This document shows, in pieces, positions 1-7,975 of a DNA stretch of 64,000 bases. The notes below the pieces were generated by a model, which did not search any database, was not told where the DNA came from, and was given only the letters and a program-made list of their open reading frames with translations. Origin of the DNA: Oscillospiraceae bacterium (GTDB taxonomy: Bacteria > Bacillota > Clostridia > Oscillospirales > Ruminococcaceae). The position numbers and the translations under genes were made by a program. Positions within the stretch are counted from its first letter, which is position 1. Every line of letters begins with the position of its first letter. The stretch covers positions 31,077 to 95,076 of the forward strand of contig JAIRWC010000031.1 in the NCBI GenBank assembly GCA_031253495.1. Direction: 5' to 3'.

Positions 1-134
1 CGGACGCGGCGGACGACGGCGTGGTTGTCGAAAGTTCGGGCGCGAGGGTGAAAATCGTCGCGGGGGATTACCGCAATATCAAAATCACGGCGAAAGAGGA
101 CTTGACCGCGGCGGAGGCGTTGTTATGCTTTTAA
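1..134 (+). CDS. ispD: 2-C-methyl-D-erythritol 4-phosphate cytidylyltransferase, C-terminal fragment (the 5' end lies outside the window)
   Basis: Frame 3 reads ...[33 protein letters not shown] with the stop at 132-134. The NIKIT-x-x-EDL C-terminus is typical of IspD. Confidence 0.65.
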   Translation, partial: DAADDGVVVESSGARVKIVAGDYRNIKITAKEDLTAAEALLCF

Positions 135-364
135 CGGACATAGGTTACGGCAACGCGGTAAACACGAACAGGATAATAGCGATAGTAACGGCGGACGCGG
201 CGCCCGTCAAACGGATAATTTCCGCGGCGAAGGAAAAGAACCTCGCCGTGGACGCCACCTGCGGGAAGAAAACCAAGGCGGTTTACATAATGGATTCGGG
301 GCACGTGATTTTGTCGGCGAAAAACGCGCCAGGCAATATCGCCGTCCAAGCGGAATTTATTTGA
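125..364 (+). CDS. remA: RemA/YlzA (DUF370) family regulator
   Basis: The 79-aa protein [59 protein letters not shown] matches the RemA signature. It sits in the conserved position upstream of gmk. Confidence 0.85.
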   Translation: MLLTDIGYGNAVNTNRIIAIVTADAAPVKRIISAAKEKNLAVDATCGKKTKAVYIMDSGHVILSAKNAPGNIAVQAEFI

Positions 365-402
365 CGAAATATAGCAATTCCACTAATTGGAGAAGCAAGT
401 TT

Positions 403-993
403 ATGAGAAAAGGGTTCCTGATTGTTATTTCCGCGCCGGCGGGTTGCGGAAAGGACACGATTGTCGAAAGGCTGCTTGAGAAAGAGCGGGATATCCGTTA
501 TTCCGTGTCCACCACGACGCGGGAGATTCGCAACGGCGAAACCGAGGGCTCGCATTATTTCTTCAAAACGCGGAAAGAGTTCGAGGAGCTGATAGAGCGC
601 GGTGAATTTCTCGAATACACCGAGTATTGCGGCAACTATTACGGAACGCGCAAAGCGGCCGTTATGGACGCTTTGGATAACGGGTTCGACATCCTTTTAA
701 AAATCGAGGTGCACGGCGCGGAACATATTAAGAAGATGTTCCCCGACAGCGTTTTGGTTTTCATTCACCCCCCGTCGCTGGAAGAGTTGAGGCGGCGGCT
801 CATAAAACGCGGAACCGAGGATTTGGAAACCATCGAACACCGCATATCCGTCGCGGTCAGGGAAATGTCGATGCAGTGCGACCATTACGACCACTATATC
901 ATAAACGACGACTTGGACAAAGCCGTAAACGAAATAAGGGACATTATACACAAAAAACGGCGCGAACAGCAAGAGCGAGAAGAACGGGGATGA
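403..993 (+). CDS. gmk: guanylate kinase
   Basis: It has the P-loop ISAPAGCGKDT and the motifs YSVSTTTR and EYCGNYYGT. I chose the ATG at 403 because the ORF-track start at 361 is a TTG extension. Confidence 0.9.
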   Translation: MRKGFLIVISAPAGCGKDTIVERLLEKERDIRYSVSTTTREIRNGETEGSHYFFKTRKEFEELIERGEFLEYTEYCGNYYGTRKAAVMDALDNGFDILLKIEVHGAEHIKKMFPDSVLVFIHPPSLEELRRRLIKRGTEDLETIEHRISVAVREMSMQCDHYDHYIINDDLDKAVNEIRDIIHKKRREQQEREERG

Positions 994-3257
994 TTGCAAA
1001 AGAGAAAATCGAGGGATTAACGGCGTTGGTGGCGGTCGAAAGGGCGTTATACTCCTTTGACCGCCTTTACAGTTACGTCGTCCCCCGCGAACTGGAAGGA
1101 ACGGTCGAAGCGGGGAAGCGGGTTTCCGTCCCGTTCGGCAGGGGCTCGAAGAAAATGAACGGTATGGTTTTCGCGGTTCAACGGCGGGAATACGACCCGC
1201 GGAACATAAAGAAAATCCACGAGGTTCTCGACGCCGAGCCCGTTATGAACGCCGAAACCTTAGCCTTGACCTCGTGGATAAAAGAGAATACCTTTTGCAC
1301 CTATTACAACGCGGTCGGATGCGTATTGCCGCCCGTTTTGCGCGACCCCGAAGCCGCCGGGCGCCGATTGGCGGGGAAAACCGAGCGGATAGTCCGCCTG
1401 TCCGGGGAAAGCGGCGATTGCCCCGATAACCTCACCCCTAAGCAAAAAGCCGTCGTTACGGCGCTGGAGAACCATTCCGCGAGCGTTAAGGAACTGTGTT
1501 ACCTGTGTTCGGTAACCCCCGCCGTCGTTACCAACCTTGTTAAAAAAGGCGTCCTCGAGGAATTCGCCCAACCCGTCCCCCCGCCCGTTCCCGAGGGAAC
1601 GAAAAACGCCATGAACGCCGGAGATATAGAACTCACCCCCGCGCAAAACGGCGTTTTCGCGGGGTTGCTTGAACTCGTAAAATCAGGCGAGCCGAAATGC
1701 GCGCTTTTACGCGGCGTTACGGGCAGCGGAAAGACGTCGGTGTTCATAAAGCTCATAGGCGAGGTTTTGGCGATGGGCAAAACCGCCGTCGCGCTGGTTC
1801 CGGAAATTTCACTCACGCCGCAGGTTATCGGGATTTTTACGAGTTATTTCGGAAACGCGGCGGCGGTGATACACTCCGGCTTGTCCATGGCGAAAAAAAC
1901 CGAGGAATACGGGCGGCTGAAAAGCGGCGAGGCGAAAATAGCGATAGGCACGAGGAGCGCGATTTTCGCGCCGCTTGAAAATATAGGGATAATCGTGATA
2001 GACGAGGAGGGGGAACACACCTACAAATCCGAACGCTCCCCGCGTTACCACGCCCGCGACATAGCGAAACAGCGATGCTTCAGGCATAACGCTTTGTTGC
2101 TGCTCTCTTCCGCCACCCCGTCGATGGAAAGCTATCGCAAAGCCAAAACGGGAAAATATTCCCTTTTCGAGCTGAACGAGCGTTATTCGGGGAACGCGCT
2201 GCCCGACGTTTACGTCGTGGATATGAAAATAGAGGCGGCGCTGGGAAACAAAGGCAATTTCAGCGAACCGCTGATAAACGAGCTGCGCGCAAACCTTGAA
2301 AGGGGCGAACAGTCGCTGATACTGCTCAACCGGCGCGGTTACTACACATATATGTGCTGTATCGCCTGCGGCGAGGTTTCCCTGTGCCCGAGCTGCGGCG
2401 TCCCCTTAACGTACCATAAGCCGGGGGATAACCTGTCATGCCATTATTGCGGTTTTATAAAACCGTTATCCGGCGGCGTTTTCGCGTGCGGGAAATGCGG
2501 CAGCCGTTTCGCGCGTAAAGCCGGCACGGGAACCCAGCGGGCGGAAGACGAACTGAGCGGGCTTTTGCCGGGCGCGCGGATTCTCCGTATGGACGCGGAC
2601 ACGACCATGACGAAAGGCGCCTATGAACGGGGCTTCGGTAGCTTCGGCGACCGCGAGTACGACGTTATGCTCGGAACGCAAATGATAGCCAAAGGGCTGG
2701 ACTTTTCAAACGTAACGCTGGTGGGCGTCCTGCTGATAGACAAGTCGCTTTATGGCGGGGACTATCTGGGGTATGAAAGGACGTTCTCGCTTATTACGCA
2801 AGTGGTCGGGCGTTCGGGGCGCGGCGGCAAGAAAGGGCGGGCTTATCTGCAAACCTACACGCCGGAACATTATGTGCTGAAGCTGGCGGCGCGGCAGGAT
2901 TACGCGGGGTTTTACGAAGAGGAGGCGGCGATAAGGGAAACGCTTTTGTTCCCGCCGTTTTGCGATTTATGCGTGGCGGAATTTTCCTCCGCCGCAGAAA
3001 AGACCGCCGCCGAAGCGGCGTCGGTCTTCGCCGGGATTTTCGGAGAAGAACTGAAAAAAAGCGAAAAGCCCGTGCCCGTCCGCGTTCTCGGTCCGGTGAA
3101 GAGCGGCGCGGGCAACCCGAACGGGCGGTTCAGGTACAGGCTGATAATAAAATGCAGAAATTCGGCGGCGTTTCGCGGCGCGATGAAAGAATCGCTGATT
3201 GCGGCGAACTCGGATAAGCGGTTTGAGTTTACGGGAATTGCGGCGTGGTTCGAGTAA
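990..3257 (+). CDS. priA: primosomal protein N' (replication restart helicase PriA)
   Basis: It has Walker A GVTGSGKT, DEEGE, and Cys-rich zinc motifs CIACGEVSLCPSCGVPLTYH..CHYCG..CGKCGS. The ATG at 990 overlaps the gmk stop codon (ATGA). Confidence 0.92.
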   Translation: MIAKEKIEGLTALVAVERALYSFDRLYSYVVPRELEGTVEAGKRVSVPFGRGSKKMNGMVFAVQRREYDPRNIKKIHEVLDAEPVMNAETLALTSWIKENTFCTYYNAVGCVLPPVLRDPEAAGRRLAGKTERIVRLSGESGDCPDNLTPKQKAVVTALENHSASVKELCYLCSVTPAVVTNLVKKGVLEEFAQPVPPPVPEGTKNAMNAGDIELTPAQNGVFAGLLELVKSGEPKCALLRGVTGSGKTSVFIKLIGEVLAMGKTAVALVPEISLTPQVIGIFTSYFGNAAAVIHSGLSMAKKTEEYGRLKSGEAKIAIGTRSAIFAPLENIGIIVIDEEGEHTYKSERSPRYHARDIAKQRCFRHNALLLLSSATPSMESYRKAKTGKYSLFELNERYSGNALPDVYVVDMKIEAALGNKGNFSEPLINELRANLERGEQSLILLNRRGYYTYMCCIACGEVSLCPSCGVPLTYHKPGDNLSCHYCGFIKPLSGGVFACGKCGSRFARKAGTGTQRAEDELSGLLPGARILRMDADTTMTKGAYERGFGSFGDREYDVMLGTQMIAKGLDFSNVTLVGVLLIDKSLYGGDYLGYERTFSLITQVVGRSGRGGKKGRAYLQTYTPEHYVLKLAARQDYAGFYEEEAAIRETLLFPPFCDLCVAEFSSAAEKTAAEAASVFAGIFGEELKKSEKPVPVRVLGPVKSGAGNPNGRFRYRLIIKCRNSAAFRGAMKESLIAANSDKRFEFTGIAAWFE

Positions 3258-3261
3258 CGGC

Positions 3262-3301
3262 GGCGGCCGCGCTTTACGGGAAAGCGCGGCCGCCTTTTTT
3301 G
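3262..3301 (+). terminator. intrinsic terminator after priA
   Basis: A 14-bp GC-rich stem (ggcggccgcgcttt / aaagcgcggccgcc) with loop acggg is followed by TTTTTT. Confidence 0.8.
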
Positions 3302-3358
3302 TTGCGTTCGGTTAATTCAGTTTTTCCAATTTTGTTTCAGCTCTTCAAGACTTATAAC
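3286..3358. repeat. 73-nt '3' module', copy 1. It is identical to 3903-3975 and contains an orphan remnant that would encode ..VISLEELKQNWKN* on the minus strand.
   Basis: I found this by direct comparison of the two stretches, which begin gcggccgccttttttgttgcgttcggttaattcag and end cttataac. Confidence 0.85.
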
Positions 3359-3374
3359 TTTAAAAACGCCTCCG

Positions 3375-3737
3375 TCAGTCAGTCGAAACCGTCAGCGCCG
3401 AAATAGACTTTTGCGCCTCAATCTGGCGCTCAAGCAGTTCAGGGTCGTATCCGCCGCCGTTCATATCCGATTCAAGGCGTTCGCCGACACCCTCAAACGC
3501 GGCTTTTATATCCGTCTCTTTCTCCGGGGTGTAAGAATCCGGGTCGCCCCATTCGATATACCCGAGACATATTTCCCCGTTTTCGCCGACGTGCTCGCAC
3601 TTCGCCTGTTCGTAAACAGCCTCAGTCTCCGCGTTCGGCTCGTTTTCCCCGCCTAACGCGTACGCCGTGACGACGGTCGCCGCGCCGACGCAAAGCCCGC
3701 CCGCGATGACGCCGGTCAAAAGTTTCCTCAAACTCAT
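3375..3737 (-). CDS. small secreted or membrane-anchored hypothetical protein (120 aa)
   Basis: The ATG at 3737 is preceded by GGAGGA. The N-terminus MSLRKLLTGVIAGGLCVGAATVVTAYA is signal-peptide-like, and the mature part is acidic. I did not recognise any family. Confidence 0.6.
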   Translation of the reverse strand: MSLRKLLTGVIAGGLCVGAATVVTAYALGGENEPNAETEAVYEQAKCEHVGENGEICLGYIEWGDPDSYTPEKETDIKAAFEGVGERLESDMNGGGYDPELLERQIEAQKSISALTVSTD

Positions 3738-3757
3738 CGTTAAATCCTCCTTAACGT

Positions 3758-3817
3758 TAAAAATACGTTCGCGCACTTAAAAATACGTTCACGCACCTAA
3801 AAATACGTTCACATGCC
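3758..3817. repeat. 3 x 20-nt tandem repeat (taaaaatacgttcRcRcacY) in the 5' leader of the 3375-3737 gene
   Basis: The units are read directly at 3758-3777, 3778-3797 and 3798-3817. The paralogous leader at about 5098 has only one unit. Confidence 0.85.
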
Positions 3818-3910
3818 CGGTTTATCACATGAACACCTATTTGTCAAGCGTTTTTCCGAAAAACGCGGGGATTTTTCAAAAACTTGTTTTTTACCGACGC
3901 TTGCGGCCGC
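3798..3910. repeat. ~113-nt '5' module' (promoter plus leader), copy A. It matches 5098-5210 with one mismatch.
   Basis: I aligned aaatacgttcacatgccc[g/a]gtttatcacatgaacacctatttgtcaagcgtttttccgaaaaacgcggggatttttcaaaaacttgttttttaccgacgcttgcggccgc directly. Confidence 0.9.
3819..3866 (-). promoter_or_regulatory. putative promoter (TTGACA -35 with a weak TAAACC/ATAAAC -10) plus a 19-bp perfect palindrome immediately upstream of the -35
   Basis: On the minus strand the -35 TTGACA lies at 3842-3847. The palindrome GCGTTTTTC-n-GAAAAACGC lies at 3848-3866. The -10 element is poor. Confidence 0.4.
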
Positions 3911-3975
3911 CTTTTTTGTTGCGTTCGGTTAATTCAGTTTTTCCAATTTTGTTTCAGCTCTTCAAGACTTATAAC
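3903..3975. repeat. 73-nt '3' module', copy 2. It forms the 3' end of the 3934-4578 gene plus the sequence downstream of it.
   Basis: It is identical to 3286-3358. Confidence 0.85.
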
Positions 3976-4578
3976 CTTATAATCCGTCGTTTCGGGCGGC
4001 GTTTCCCGCCGTTTTGACAGATATTCCTCCAGTTCTTCGTCCGTCCCGACAAAGACGTTTCCCGCGTTGACGCTGACCTCAAATTCCCCTATGACGTTCT
4101 CGCCGTTCTCGTCATAAACGGGCAAGCCTATCGCAAAAATCCCCTGTTTGTTTAACTCTTCCATTTCCAAAACGGTAAAGCACAGGCTCGGGTCGTCCCA
4201 TTCCGTGGAATATACATAGCCGGATTTGCCGTTCGAGGCCCGCACTCCGATAAGGTCGGGGCAAAACCCGTCGCTGTTGCGCATACTTCCGTATGTCTGC
4301 CCATTTTTGTTAGTGCGGACAGAGAAAGACCGACCTTCCCCCTCATACGGTTCGCCGTCGCGGGGTTCCTGCCGTTGAACGGGCGCGTCGCTTTCTTGTT
4401 GCCGTTGAACTGGCGCGTCGTTTTCTTCATTCGCTAACGTGGGCGCGCCGTTTTCTTCATTCGCTAACGTGGACGCGCCGCCGCGGGGGTGACCCGCCGC
4501 CAAAACCGCTACGACCAACACAAGCGTCAGAGCGATGGGGGCAAACGCGCCTTCAAATATTTTCTTCGAGTCTTTCAT
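3934..4578 (-). CDS. membrane-anchored hypothetical protein with short tandem peptide repeats (214 aa)
   Basis: There is an N-terminal hydrophobic helix, FAPIALTLVLVVAVLAAG. The repeats are TLANEENGAP/TLANEENDAP and VQRQQESDAP/VQRQEP. The RBS is GAGGAG. Confidence 0.6.
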   Translation of the reverse strand: MKDSKKIFEGAFAPIALTLVLVVAVLAAGHPRGGASTLANEENGAPTLANEENDAPVQRQQESDAPVQRQEPRDGEPYEGEGRSFSVRTNKNGQTYGSMRNSDGFCPDLIGVRASNGKSGYVYSTEWDDPSLCFTVLEMEELNKQGIFAIGLPVYDENGENVIGEFEVSVNAGNVFVGTDEELEEYLSKRRETPPETTDYKVISLEELKQNWKN

Positions 4579-4600
4579 GGTGTTTACTCCTCAATCAATC

Positions 4601-5077
4601 TCAAAACGATTGGTCCGGCGAACCATAAGCGTAATGCAGACTGTAATTCCCGGAAATGCCGGGATTATACGCTTGTGTTCGCCCCTCCGAACTGAACATA
4701 TTGGTAGGACGGACGTCATAAACTTTGGTAGTTATCGCTACCAAACTAACATCCGGAGCGACAGGGGCGGTATTCACAACCCAAGCCGAACGCATAATTA
4801 CATCCCATGCATCGCTGTTATACATAACAGCTTCGGCTTTCATATATCCGGTAGGAACTGTCTGACCGGAAGACCCCACGCTCGTTAAAGCTTCCACTCT
4901 GTATTCATTGTAACCTCCGGTATATATGACGCTTCGATTGCGATAATTATAACCATATTCATGGTATGCCTTCCAAGGACTGTAAGCGGTACCGGCGAAC
5001 GAAACCGTCGAAAGTATCGAAAACACGAAGCTGCCATAGACGACCACCGCCACCCGTTTTAAAATCTTTCTATTCAT
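4601..5077 (-). CDS. secreted hypothetical protein, aromatic-rich (158 aa)
   Basis: The ATG at 5077 follows GGAGGA. The signal peptide is MNRKILKRVAVVVYGSFVFSILSTVSFA. I did not recognise any family. Confidence 0.6.
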   Translation of the reverse strand: MNRKILKRVAVVVYGSFVFSILSTVSFAGTAYSPWKAYHEYGYNYRNRSVIYTGGYNEYRVEALTSVGSSGQTVPTGYMKAEAVMYNSDAWDVIMRSAWVVNTAPVAPDVSLVAITTKVYDVRPTNMFSSEGRTQAYNPGISGNYSLHYAYGSPDQSF

Positions 5078-5097
5078 CAATAAATCCTCCGAAACGT

Positions 5098-5210
5098 TAA
5101 AAATACGTTCACATGCCCAGTTTATCACATGAACACCTATTTGTCAAGCGTTTTTCCGAAAAACGCGGGGATTTTTCAAAAACTTGTTTTTTACCGACGC
5201 TTGCGGCCGC
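5098..5210. repeat. ~113-nt '5' module', copy B
   Basis: It matches 3798-3910 with a single mismatch. Confidence 0.9.
5119..5166 (-). promoter_or_regulatory. paralogous putative promoter plus 19-bp palindrome (second copy)
   Basis: The elements are the same as at 3819-3866 but shifted by 1300 nt, with the palindrome at 5148-5166. Confidence 0.4.
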
Positions 5211-5224
5211 GCGGCGTTCGACCC

Positions 5225-5253
5225 TTGACTTAATCGTTCAACGGTGTTATAAT
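5225..5253 (+). promoter_or_regulatory. sigma-A type promoter for valS
   Basis: TTGACT lies at 5225-5230, followed by a 17-nt spacer and TATAAT at 5248-5253. This leaves about 45 nt to the ATG. Confidence 0.7.
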
Positions 5254-5298
5254 ATCCCCGTGGGCAAACAAAACGACGCCGGTTTTCGCGGAGGTCTG

Positions 5299-7956
5299 AT
5301 GAAACAGCTTGAGAAAAACTATTCCCCGAAAGAGTTTGAGGGGAGGATATACGCCGACTGGGAGGAAAAGGGCTACTTCCGCGCGGTGATTGACAAAGGC
5401 AGGAAGCCTTATTGCATTGTCATCCCGCCGCCGAACATCACGGGGCAACTTCACATCGGGCACGCCTTGGACAACACCCTGCAGGACATTTTGATAAGGT
5501 TCAAGCGTATGCGGGGGTTCTGCGCGTTGTGGCTGCCGGGAACCGACCACGCCTCAATCGCGACAGAGGCGCGGATTGTCGCGGCTATGAAGGAAGAGGG
5601 GTTGACCAAGGACGACGTGGGGCGCGACGGGTTTCTTGAGCGGGCGTGGGAGTGGAAAAGGCTTTACGGCGGCAGAATTGTCGAGCAGTTGAAGAAGTTG
5701 GGTTCGTCCTGCGACTGGGAACGCGAGCGGTTCACGTTGGACGAGGGCTGTTCCAAAGCCGTGCAAAAGGTGTTCATCGACCTTTACGACAGCGGCGAAA
5801 TTTACCACGGCGAGAGAATCATCAACTGGTGCCCGAACTGCCGAACCTCGATTTCGGACGTTGAGTGCGAGTACGAGGAAAAGGACGGCTTTTTCTGGCA
5901 CATAAACTATCCCGTTATCGGCGAGGAAAACATCGCCGTGCGGGTTGCGACCACCCGCCCCGAAACAATGCTCGGCGACGCGGCGGTTGCGGTTCACCCG
6001 AACGACAAGCGTTACGCGCGTTTAATCGGGAAGAAGGTGTTGTTGCCGCTTATGAACCGCGAAATTCCGATAATCGCCGACGAGTACGTCGACATGGAAT
6101 TCGGAACCGGCGCGGTCAAGATTACCCCCGCCCACGACCCCAACGACTTTGAAGTGGGGATAAGGCACAACCTGCCGCTTATCAACGTCATGGACGACGG
6201 CGGCTGTATCAACCAAAACGGCGGGAAATACGTCGGGCTTGAGCGGTACGAAGCGCGGAAGGCGGTCGTCCGTGATTTGGAACAACTCGGCTTGTTGGTT
6301 AAAACCGAGCCGCACAAGCACAACGTCGGCGGTTGCCAGCGTTGCGGCACGGTGGTGGAACCGCGGGCGAGCTTGCAGTGGTTCGTGTCGATGAAAACGC
6401 TTGCCGAGCCGGCGATGGAGGTTGTTCGGAACGGGCGGCTTCGCTGGGCGTCAAAGCGTTTCGAGAACGTGTATATGCAGTGGATGGAAAACATTCGCGA
6501 CTGGTGCGTGAGCCGCCAATTGTGGTGGGGGCACAGAATCCCCGCCTATTACTGCCAAAACCCCGACTGCGGACGGGAAACGGTTTCGGCTGCCGCCCCC
6601 GCCGCTTGCCCGAAGTGCGGCGGCGCGGTCAAGCAGGACGACGACACGCTTGACACGTGGTTTTCCTCCGCGCTGTGGCCCTTTTCAACCCTCGGCTACC
6701 CCGACGACACCGAGGAACTGCGCTACTTTTACCCCACAAGCGTAATCGTTCCCGCCTATGACATTATACCGTTCTGGGTGGCGAGAATGATTTTTTCGGG
6801 ACTGCGGTTCATGAACGACGTGCCGTTTCGCGACGTGTTCATTCACGGGCTAATCCGCGACGAGCAGGGGCGCAAAATGAGCAAGTCGCTCGGAAACGGC
6901 GTCGACCCGCTTGAGGTGATAGACAAGTACGGGGCGGACGCGCTTAGGCTGACCATGATTTTCGGGGTGTCGCAGGACAGCGACGTAAGGTGGAGCGAGG
7001 CAAAGGTCACGGCGGCGCGCAATTTCGCCAACAAGCTGTGGAACGCCGCGCGCTACGTCTTTATGAACCTGCCCGACGGGTTCGGCGGCGTTAAGCTGCC
7101 CGACGACTCCGCTTTATCCATCGAGGACAAGTGGGTGTTGTCCAAGTACAACCGCCTTGTCAAGGAGGTTACAGCCAATCTTGACGCGTACGATTTGGGG
7201 GTTGCGGCGGGAAAGGTTCACGACTTTATCTGGAACGTATACTGCGACTGGTACATTGAACTCACCAAGCCGCGCGCGGCTTCGCCACTTGACTTCGGAA
7301 AATCTCACCATGTGCTTTTGTATGTAATGGAGGGAATGTTAAAGCTCCTGCACCCGTTTATGCCGTTTATCACCGAGGAAATATGGCGTTCAATGCCGCA
7401 CTCGGCTGGCGAAACCGAAAGCGTTATGGTGTCAAGGTGGGCGGAGTATTCCGAAAAGTTGGACTTTTCCGAGGAGGAGGGGCGGTTTGAAAAGGTGGTC
7501 GAGGTTATTTCGGCGATACGGGTTCGGCGGAGCGAAATGAGGGTTCCGCCGTCTAAGCGGGTAAGCGCGGAAATCGAGGTTGCGGCTAAAGACATTGAAC
7601 TGTTCAAATCCTGCGCGGCGTTTTTTGAAAGGCTTGCCGGTTGCGTGAATTTAGAGATTTCGGAAAATATCCCCGTTTCCGACGGGAAAATCGCGCTTGT
7701 AACCGCCCACGCGCGGGCTATGTTGCCCATGGGCGAGCTTGTGGACAGGGAGAAGGAGCTCGCGCGGTTGGGGAAGGAGTTGGAGCAGGCTAAGCGGGAT
7801 ATTGAGTTTATAAGCGGGAAGTTGTCAAACGAGGGGTTCGTCGCGAAAGCTCCGCCCCGGCAGGTTGAGAACGAGCGCGCGAAATTGGCTAAGGCGAAGG
7901 AGAAGTTGGCGGGGATTAAAAAGGCGATTGCGGGAATGAGCGAAGAAAGGCGATAA
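5299..7956 (+). CDS. valS: valine--tRNA ligase
   Basis: It has the HIGH motif (PPNITGQLHIGH), the KMSKS motif (RKMSKSLGN), and a coiled-coil C-terminus. I chose the ATG at 5299 (MKQLEKNYSPKEFE). Confidence 0.95.
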   Translation: MKQLEKNYSPKEFEGRIYADWEEKGYFRAVIDKGRKPYCIVIPPPNITGQLHIGHALDNTLQDILIRFKRMRGFCALWLPGTDHASIATEARIVAAMKEEGLTKDDVGRDGFLERAWEWKRLYGGRIVEQLKKLGSSCDWERERFTLDEGCSKAVQKVFIDLYDSGEIYHGERIINWCPNCRTSISDVECEYEEKDGFFWHINYPVIGEENIAVRVATTRPETMLGDAAVAVHPNDKRYARLIGKKVLLPLMNREIPIIADEYVDMEFGTGAVKITPAHDPNDFEVGIRHNLPLINVMDDGGCINQNGGKYVGLERYEARKAVVRDLEQLGLLVKTEPHKHNVGGCQRCGTVVEPRASLQWFVSMKTLAEPAMEVVRNGRLRWASKRFENVYMQWMENIRDWCVSRQLWWGHRIPAYYCQNPDCGRETVSAAAPAACPKCGGAVKQDDDTLDTWFSSALWPFSTLGYPDDTEELRYFYPTSVIVPAYDIIPFWVARMIFSGLRFMNDVPFRDVFIHGLIRDEQGRKMSKSLGNGVDPLEVIDKYGADALRLTMIFGVSQDSDVRWSEAKVTAARNFANKLWNAARYVFMNLPDGFGGVKLPDDSALSIEDKWVLSKYNRLVKEVTANLDAYDLGVAAGKVHDFIWNVYCDWYIELTKPRAASPLDFGKSHHVLLYVMEGMLKLLHPFMPFITEEIWRSMPHSAGETESVMVSRWAEYSEKLDFSEEEGRFEKVVEVISAIRVRRSEMRVPPSKRVSAEIEVAAKDIELFKSCAAFFERLAGCVNLEISENIPVSDGKIALVTAHARAMLPMGELVDREKELARLGKELEQAKRDIEFISGKLSNEGFVAKAPPRQVENERAKLAKAKEKLAGIKKAIAGMSEERR

Positions 7957-7975
7957 CGCGGACAAGGAGAACATT

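Noticed and set aside
364-993. Absence of rpoZ and coaBC between gmk and priA
   Set aside because: In many Firmicutes rpoZ follows gmk. Here priA overlaps the gmk stop directly, so the observation is real. However, rpoZ may simply be encoded elsewhere, and absence from the genome cannot be judged from one window.
5211-5298. T-box leader or riboswitch upstream of valS
   Set aside because: Only about 45 nt separate the strong promoter (-10 at 5248-5253) from the ATG. That is far too short for a T-box, and no specifier or terminator helices are visible.
5113-5298. N-terminal extensions proposed by the ORF track (valS from 5113; also apgM from 43834, priA from 876, BMP from 11919, ProB-like from 9566)
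   Set aside because: The extensions run through promoters, repeats or upstream genes and lack RBSs. Internal ATGs with GGAGG-type RBSs give N-termini that match the family consensus.
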